A DNA stretch of 5,000 nt, from assembly GCA_964016885.1 (NCBI GenBank), contig CAXHJY010001590.1, positions 1 through 5,000 of the forward strand, written 5' to 3'. Origin of the DNA: Eledone cirrhosa (lineage: Eukaryota). Position 1 is the first letter of the stretch. The number at the start of each line of letters is the position of its first letter. Under the pieces are notes generated by a model. The model was not told the DNA's origin. It ran no database searches and was given only the letters and a program-made list of their open reading frames with translations. Positions 1 through 5,000 of this stretch are shown here, in pieces. The position numbers and the translations under genes were made by a program.

Positions 1-1890
1 ATTAATATAGCTACCGTTGTTGTTGTTGTTTTTCCTATTAATATAACTTCCGCTGTTGTTGTTGTTGTTGTTCCTATTAATATAGCTACCGTTGTTATTG
101 TTGTTATTCCTATTAATATAGCTACCGCTGTTGTTGTTGTTGTACCTATTAATATAGCTACCGTTGTTGTTGTTGTTCCTATTAATATAGCTACCGTTGT
201 TGTTGTTGTTGATGTTATTCCTATTAATATAGCAACTGTTGTTGTTGTTGTTTCTGTTCCTATTAATATAGCTACCTTTGTTGTTGTTGTTGTTCCTATT
301 AATATAGCTACGGTTGTTGTTGTTGTTGTTAGTCCTATTAATATAGCTACCGTTGTTGTTGTTGTTGTTGCTATTAATATAGCTACTGTTGTTGTTGTTG
401 TTGTTGTTCCTATTAATATAGCTACCGTTGTTGTTGTTATTTTTGTTCCTATTAATATAGCTACAGTTGTTGCTGGTGTTGTTGTTGTTCCTATTAATAT
501 AGCTACCGTTGTTGTTGTTGTTGTTGTTCCTATTAATATAGCTACCATTGTTGTTGTTGTTATTGTTGCTATTAATATAGCTACCGTTGTTGTTGTTGTT
601 GTTGTTCCTAATAATATAGCTACCTTTGTTGTTGTCGTTGTTCCTATTAATATACCTACCGTTGTTGTTGTTGTTGTTGTTGGTCCTAGTAATATAGCTA
701 CCGTTGTTGTTGTTCCTACTAATATAGCTACCGTTGTTGTTGTTGTTGTTGTTCCTATTATTATAGCTACCGTTGTTGTTGTTGTTGTTGTTCCTATTAA
801 TATAGCTACAGTTGTTGTTGGTGTTGTTGTTGTTCCTATTAATATAGCTACCGCTGTTGTTGTTGTTGTTGTTCCTATTAATATAGCTACCGTTGTTGTT
901 GTTATTCCTATTAATGTAGCTACCGTTGTTGTTGTTGTTGTTGTTCCTATTAATATAGCTACCGTTGTTGTTGTTGTTCCTATTAATATAGATACCGTTG
1001 TTGTTGTTGTTGTTCCTATTAATATAGCTACCGTTGTTGTTGTTGTTTTTCCTATTAATATAACTTCCGCTGTTGTTGTTGTTGTTGTTCCTATTAATAT
1101 AGCTACCGTTGTTATTGTTGTTATTCCTATTAATATAGCTACCGCTGTTGTTGTTGTTGTACCTATAAATATAGCTACCGTTGTTGTTGTTGTTCCTATT
1201 AATATAGCTACCGTTGTTGTTGTTGTTGATGTTATTCCTATTAATATAGCAACTGTTGTTGTTGTTGTTTCTGTTCCTATTAATATAGCTACCTTTGTTG
1301 TTGTTGTTGTTCCTATTAATATAGCTACGGTTGTTGTTGTTGTTGTTAGTCCTATTAATATAGCTACCGTTGTTGTTGTTGTTGTTGCTATTAATATAGC
1401 TACTGTTGTTGTTGTTGTTGTTGTTCCTATTAATATAGCTACCGTTGTTGTTGTTATTTTTGTTCCTATTAATATAGCTACAGTTGTTGCTGGTGTTGTT
1501 GTTGTTCCTATTAATATAGCTACCGTTGTTGTTGTTGTTGTTGTTCCTATTAATATAGCTACCATTGTTGTTGTTGTTATAGTTGCTATTAATATAGCTA
1601 CCGTTGTTGTTGTTGTTGTTGTTCCTAATAATATAGCTACCTTTGTTGTTGTCGTTGTTCCTATTAATATACCTACCGTTGTTGTTGTTGTTGTTGTTGG
1701 TCCTAGTAATATAGCTACCGTTGTTGTTGTTCCTATTAATATAGCTACCGTTGTTGTTGTTGTTGTTGTTCCTATTATTATAGCTACCGTTGTTGTTGTT
1801 GTTGTTGTTGTTGTTCCTATTAATATAGCTACAGTTGTTGTTGGTGTTGTTGTTGTTCCTATTAATATAGCTACCGCTGTTGTTGTTGTT
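1..1890 (+). repeat. Higher-order direct repeat, period 1017 bp (27 monomers): 1-867 vs 1018-1890
   Basis: Same order of variant monomers and same GTT tract lengths at offset 1017. I found only three substitutions (150/1167, 564/1581, 719/1736) and one 2-triplet length difference (7 vs 9 GTT at 772-792 vs 1789-1815), after which the offset is 1023. Confidence 0.95.
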
Positions 1891-2344
1891 GTACCTATTA
1901 ATATAGCTACCGTTGTTGTTGCTGTTCCTATTAATATAGCTACCGTTGTTGTTGTTGCTGATGTTATTCCTATTAATATAGCTACTGTTGTTGTTGTTGT
2001 TTCTGTTCCTATTAATATAGCTACCTTTGTTGTTGTTGTTGTTCCTATTAATATAGCTACCGTTGTTGTTGTTGTTGTTAGTCCTATTAATATAGCTACC
2101 GTGGTTGTTGTTGCTGTTCCTATTAATATAACTTCCGCTGTTGTTGTTGTACCTATGAATATAGCTACCGCTGTTGTTGTTGTTGCTGTTGTTGTTGTTG
2201 TTGTTGTTGTTCCTATTAATATAGCTACCGTTGTTGTTGTTGCTGTTCCTATGAATATAGCTACCGTTGTTGTTGTTGTTGTTGTTCCTATTAATATAGC
2301 TACCGTTGTTGTTGTTGTTGTTGTTCTTAGTAATATAGCTACCG

Positions 2345-2376
<32 letters not shown>

Positions 2377-2778
2377 CCTATTAATATAGCTACCGTTGTT
2401 GTTGTTGTTCCTATTAATATAGGTACCGTTGTTGTTGTTGTTCCTATTAATATAACTACCGCTGTTGTTGTTGTTATTCCTATTAATATAACTTCCGCTG
2501 TTGTTGTTGTTGTTGTTCCTATTAATATAGCTACCGTTGTTGTTGTTGTTCCTATTAATATAGCTACCGTTGTTGAGGTTGTTGTTCCTATTGATATAGC
2601 AACCGTTATTTTTGTTGTTCCTATTAATATAGCTACGTTTGTTGTTGTTGTTGTTGGTGTTCCTATATTTATAGCTACCGTTGTTGTTGTTGTTGTTCCT
2701 ATTAATATAGCTACCATTGTTGTTGTTGCTGTTCCTATTAATATAACTTCCGCTGTTGTTGTTGTTGTTTCCTATTAA
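1..2778 (+). other. Repeat-derived open frame, Val-rich (PINIAT-Vn); probably not a gene
   Basis: Frame +1 is stop-free from base 1 to TAA at 2776-2778; the listed start at 2101 is just a GTT>GTG variant. The same register resumes in 2756-4840. No consensus codon in this frame is one substitution from a stop. Confidence is for being coding. Confidence 0.05.
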
Positions 2779-2989
2779 TATAGCTATCGTTGTTGTTGGT
2801 GTTGTTGCTCCTATTAATATAGCTACTGTTGTCGTTGTTGTTGTTCCTATTAATATAGCTACCGTTGTTGTTGTTGTTATTCCTATTAATATAGCTACCG
2901 CTGTTGTTGTTGTTGTTCCTATTAATATAGCTACCGTTGTTGTTGTTATTCCTATTAATGTAGCTACCGTTGTTGTTGTTGTTGTTGTT

Positions 2990-3277
2990 CCTATTAATAT
3001 AGCTACCGTTGTTGTTGTTGTTCCTATTAATATAGATACCGTTGTTGTTATTGTTGTTCCTATTAATATAGCTACCGTTGTTGTTGTTGTTTTTCCTATT
3101 AATATAACTTCCGCTGTTGTTGTTGTTGTTGTTCCTATTAATATAGCTACCGTTGTTGTTGTTGTTCCTATTAATATAGATACCGTTGTTGTTGTTGTTG
3201 TTCCTATTAATATAGCTACCGTTGTTGTTGTTGTTTTTCCTATTAATATAACTTCCGCTGTTGTTGTTGTTGTTGTT
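2990..3277 (+). repeat. Tandem duplication of a 144-bp four-monomer unit (2990-3133, 3134-3277)
   Basis: GATACC variant at 3035 and 3179; TTTCCT and ACTTCCGCT variants also repeat at a 144-bp spacing; one ATT/GTT difference between copies. Confidence 0.93.
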
Positions 3278-3744
3278 CCTATTAATATAGCTACCGTTGT
3301 TATTGTTGTTATTCCTATTAATATAGCTACCGTTGTTGTTGTTGTTGTTGTTCCTATTATTATAGCTACCGTTGCTGTTGTTGTTGTTGTTCCTATTAAT
3401 ATAGCTACAGTTGTTGTTGGTGTTGTTGTTGTTCCTATTAATATAGCTACCGCTGTTGTTGTTGTACCTATTAATATAGCTACCGTTGTTGTTGCTGTTC
3501 CTATTAATATAGCTACCGTTGTTGTTGTTGCTGATGTTATTCCTATTAATATAGCTACTGTTGTTGTTGTTGTTTCTGTTCCTATCAATATAGCTACCTT
3601 TGTTGTTGTTGTTGTTCCTATTAATATAGCTACCGTTGTTGTTGTTGTTGTTAGTCCTATTAATATAGCTACCGTTGTTGTTGTTGCTGTTCCTATTAAT
3701 ATAACTTCCGATGTTGTTGTTGTACCTATGAATATAGCTACCGC

Positions 3745-3745
<1 letters not shown>

Positions 3746-3793
<48 letters not shown>
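3746..3793 (+). repeat. Longest pure microsatellite tract, (GTT)16
   Basis: 48 bp of uninterrupted GTT between GCT (3743) and the next core (3794). Confidence 0.95.
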
Positions 3794-3973
3794 CCTATTA
3801 ATATAGCTACCGTTGTTGTTGTTGCTGTTCCTATGAATATAGCTACCGTTGTTGTTGTTGTTGTTGTTCCTATTAATATAGCTACCGTTGTTGTTGTTGT
3901 TGTTCCTATAAATATAGCTACTGTTGTTGTTGTTATTCCTATTAATATAGCTACCTTTGTTGTTGTTGTTGTT

Positions 3974-4126
3974 CCTATTAATATAGCTACAGTTGTTGTT
4001 GTTGTTATTCCTGTTAATATAGCTACCGTTGTTGTTGTTGTTGTTCCTATTCATATAGCTACAGTTGTTGTTGTTGTTATTCCTGTTAATATAGCTACCG
4101 TTGTTGTTGTTGTTGTTCCTATTCAT
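3974..4126 (+). repeat. Tandem duplication of a 72-bp two-monomer unit
   Basis: CCTGTTAAT cores at 4010 and 4082; CCTATTCAT cores at 4046 and 4118; ACA variant at 3989 and 4061. Confidence 0.92.
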
Positions 4127-4258
4127 ATAGCTACCGTTGTTGTTGTTATTCCTATTAATATAGCTACCGTTGTTGTTGTTGTTATTATTCCTATTAATAT
4201 AGCTACCTTTGTTGTTGTTATTCCTATTAATATAGCTACCATTGTTGTTGTTGTTGTT

Positions 4259-4396
4259 GCTATTAATATAGCTACCGTTGTTGTTGTTGTTGTTGTTCCT
4301 ATTAATATAGCTACCTTTGTTGTTGTTGTTGCTATTAATATAGCTACCGTTGTTGTTGTTGTTGTTGTTCCTATTAATATAGCTACCTTTGTTGTT
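4259..4396 (+). repeat. Second 72-bp two-monomer tandem duplication
   Basis: GCTATTAAT core plus (GTT)7 at 4259 and 4331, each followed by an ACCTTT monomer (TTT at 4316 and 4388). Confidence 0.85.
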
Positions 4397-5000
4397 GTCG
4401 TTGTTCCTATTAATATAGCTACCGTTGTTGTTGTTGTTGCTGTTCCTATTAATATAGCTACCGTTGTTGTTGTTGTTGTTGTTCCTATTAATATAGCTAC
4501 CTTTGTTGTTGTCGTTGTTCCTATTTATATACCTACCGTTGTTGTTGTTGTTGTTGTTGTTCCTAGTAATATAGCTACCGTTGTTGTTGTTGTTGTTGTT
4601 GTTCCTATTAATATAGCTACCGTTGTTGTTGTTGTTGTTATTCCTATTAATGTAGCTACCGTTCTTGTTGTTGTTGTTGTTCCTATTAATATAGCTACGT
4701 TTGTTGTTGTTGTTGTTGGTGTTCCTATATTTATAGCTACCGTTGTTGTTGTTGTTGTTCCTATTAATATAGATACCATTGTTGTTGTTGCTTTTCCTAT
4801 TAATATAACTTCCGCTGTTGTTGTTGTTGTTTCCTATTAATATAGCTATCGTTGTTGTTGATGTTGTTGCTCCTATTAATATAGCTACCGTTGTTGTTGT
4901 TGTTATTCCTATTAATATAGCTACCGCTGTTGTTGTTGTTGTTCCTATTAATATAGCTACCGTTGTTGTTGTTATTCCTATTAATGTAGCTACCGTTGTT

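Larger units (their letters stand above)
1732..3886 (+). repeat. Dispersed duplicate block of about 570 bp: 1732-2304 vs 3314-3886
   Basis: Shared ordered markers: CCTATTATT (1771/3353), GCTGATGTTATT, TCTGTT, AGTCCT (2080/3653), GTACCTATG (ATG at 2155/3728), second CCTATG core (2248/3830). Offset 1573-1582. Confidence 0.92.
1..5000. repeat. Compound tandem array [CCTATTAATATAGCTACC-(GTT)n], about 135 monomers of mostly 30-45 bp; extends beyond both window edges
   Basis: Seen directly: the core recurs throughout (e.g. starts at 34, 73, 109, 145, 178, 220, 259), always followed by GTT triplets with occasional single-base variants (ATT, GCT, TTT, GGT, GAT). No unique sequence anywhere in the window. 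Confidence 0.99.
2620..5000 (+). repeat. Dispersed duplicate block: about 2620-2974 vs 4682-5000 (offset 2062, then 2026)
   Basis: Shared rare markers: ACGTTT (2635/4697), CCTATATTTATA, extra T before the core (2770/4832), GCTATC, GCTCCT, AATGTA (GTA at 2960/4986). The second copy lacks one 36-bp monomer. Confidence 0.93.
2738..5000 (-). other. Repeat-derived open frame, Asn-rich (GSYINR-Nn); probably not a gene
   Basis: The listed 462-aa ORF (2738-4126) starts at a CAT variant of the core. The frame has no stop upstream to the window edge (Thr register 5000-4833, Asn register 4831-2771) and ends only after the +1 T at 2770 shifts it into the Gln register. No non-repetitive domain or selection signal. 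Confidence is for being coding. Confidence 0.12.

Noticed and set aside
2101-2778. 225-aa ORF as a separate gene
   Set aside because: The GTG start is a point variant of GTT (the paralogous position near 3674 is GTT) and the frame is open from base 1; no ribosome-binding or Kozak context.
4525-4779. 84-aa Thr-rich ORF (mucin-like)
   Set aside because: Both start (ACCATT variant) and stop (ATTTAT variant) come from single substitutions in the repeat; the same register is also stopped near 4124 and 4052.
2756-4840. 694-aa Val-rich ORF as a multi-pass membrane protein
   Set aside because: It starts at a TTG inside a GTT tract and is bounded by the two +1 indels. Val is almost all GTT, there are almost no charged loop residues, and openness is automatic because no consensus codon is one step from a stop.
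1-5000. CRISPR array (constant, partly palindromic repeat with variable spacers)
   Set aside because: The spacers are GTT microsatellites of variable length rather than unique sequences; the 18-bp repeat is too short; no leader or cas gene is present.
1-5000. Diversity-generating retroelement template or reverse-transcriptase concatemer (AAC-rich, near-endless ORF)
   Set aside because: Variants are not adenine-specific (many GTT>ATT/TTT and C changes), no reverse transcriptase is present, and variants are inherited in long duplicated blocks rather than arising independently per copy.
1-5000. CpG methylation-decay signature at the ACC|GTT junction
   Set aside because: The junction is variable, but transversions (ACA, ACG, TTT) are at least as common as the deamination products (ACT, ATT), and counts are inflated by duplication.
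1-5000. TATA or -10 promoter boxes and terminators in TATTAATATA and the T-rich tracts
   Set aside because: These are AT-rich matches repeated in every monomer, with no downstream gene, -35 element or GC-rich hairpin.
1-5000. Assignment to Plasmodium or Dictyostelium poly-Asn genes, or to any specific taxon
   Set aside because: Those poly-Asn tracts are mostly AAT-encoded and embedded in complex protein sequence; here they are AAC within a pure tandem array. The window has no taxonomically informative sequence.

Overview
The whole 5-kb window is one uninterrupted compound minisatellite/satellite array running off both edges. Each monomer is a conserved 18-bp core CCTATTAATATAGCTACC followed by a variable (GTT)n tract, usually 4-9 triplets and up to 17. 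There are roughly 135 monomers (estimated from 27 monomers per 1017 bp); GC is about 33% and the + strand is about 50% T. Diagnostic point variants show nested higher-order duplications at periods of 72, 144, 1017-1023, about 1575-1582 and about 2030-2062 bp. The long Val-, Asn- and Thr-rich ORFs follow from the 18+3n monomer length and a stop-free consensus. Core substitutions look neutral and a +1 frameshift is present in two duplicated copies, so I do not call any of them a gene. No RNA gene, mobile element, CRISPR array or recognisable protein family is visible, and I cannot support a new biological system from this window alone. The interest lies in the repeat architecture and in an untested possibility of translation.
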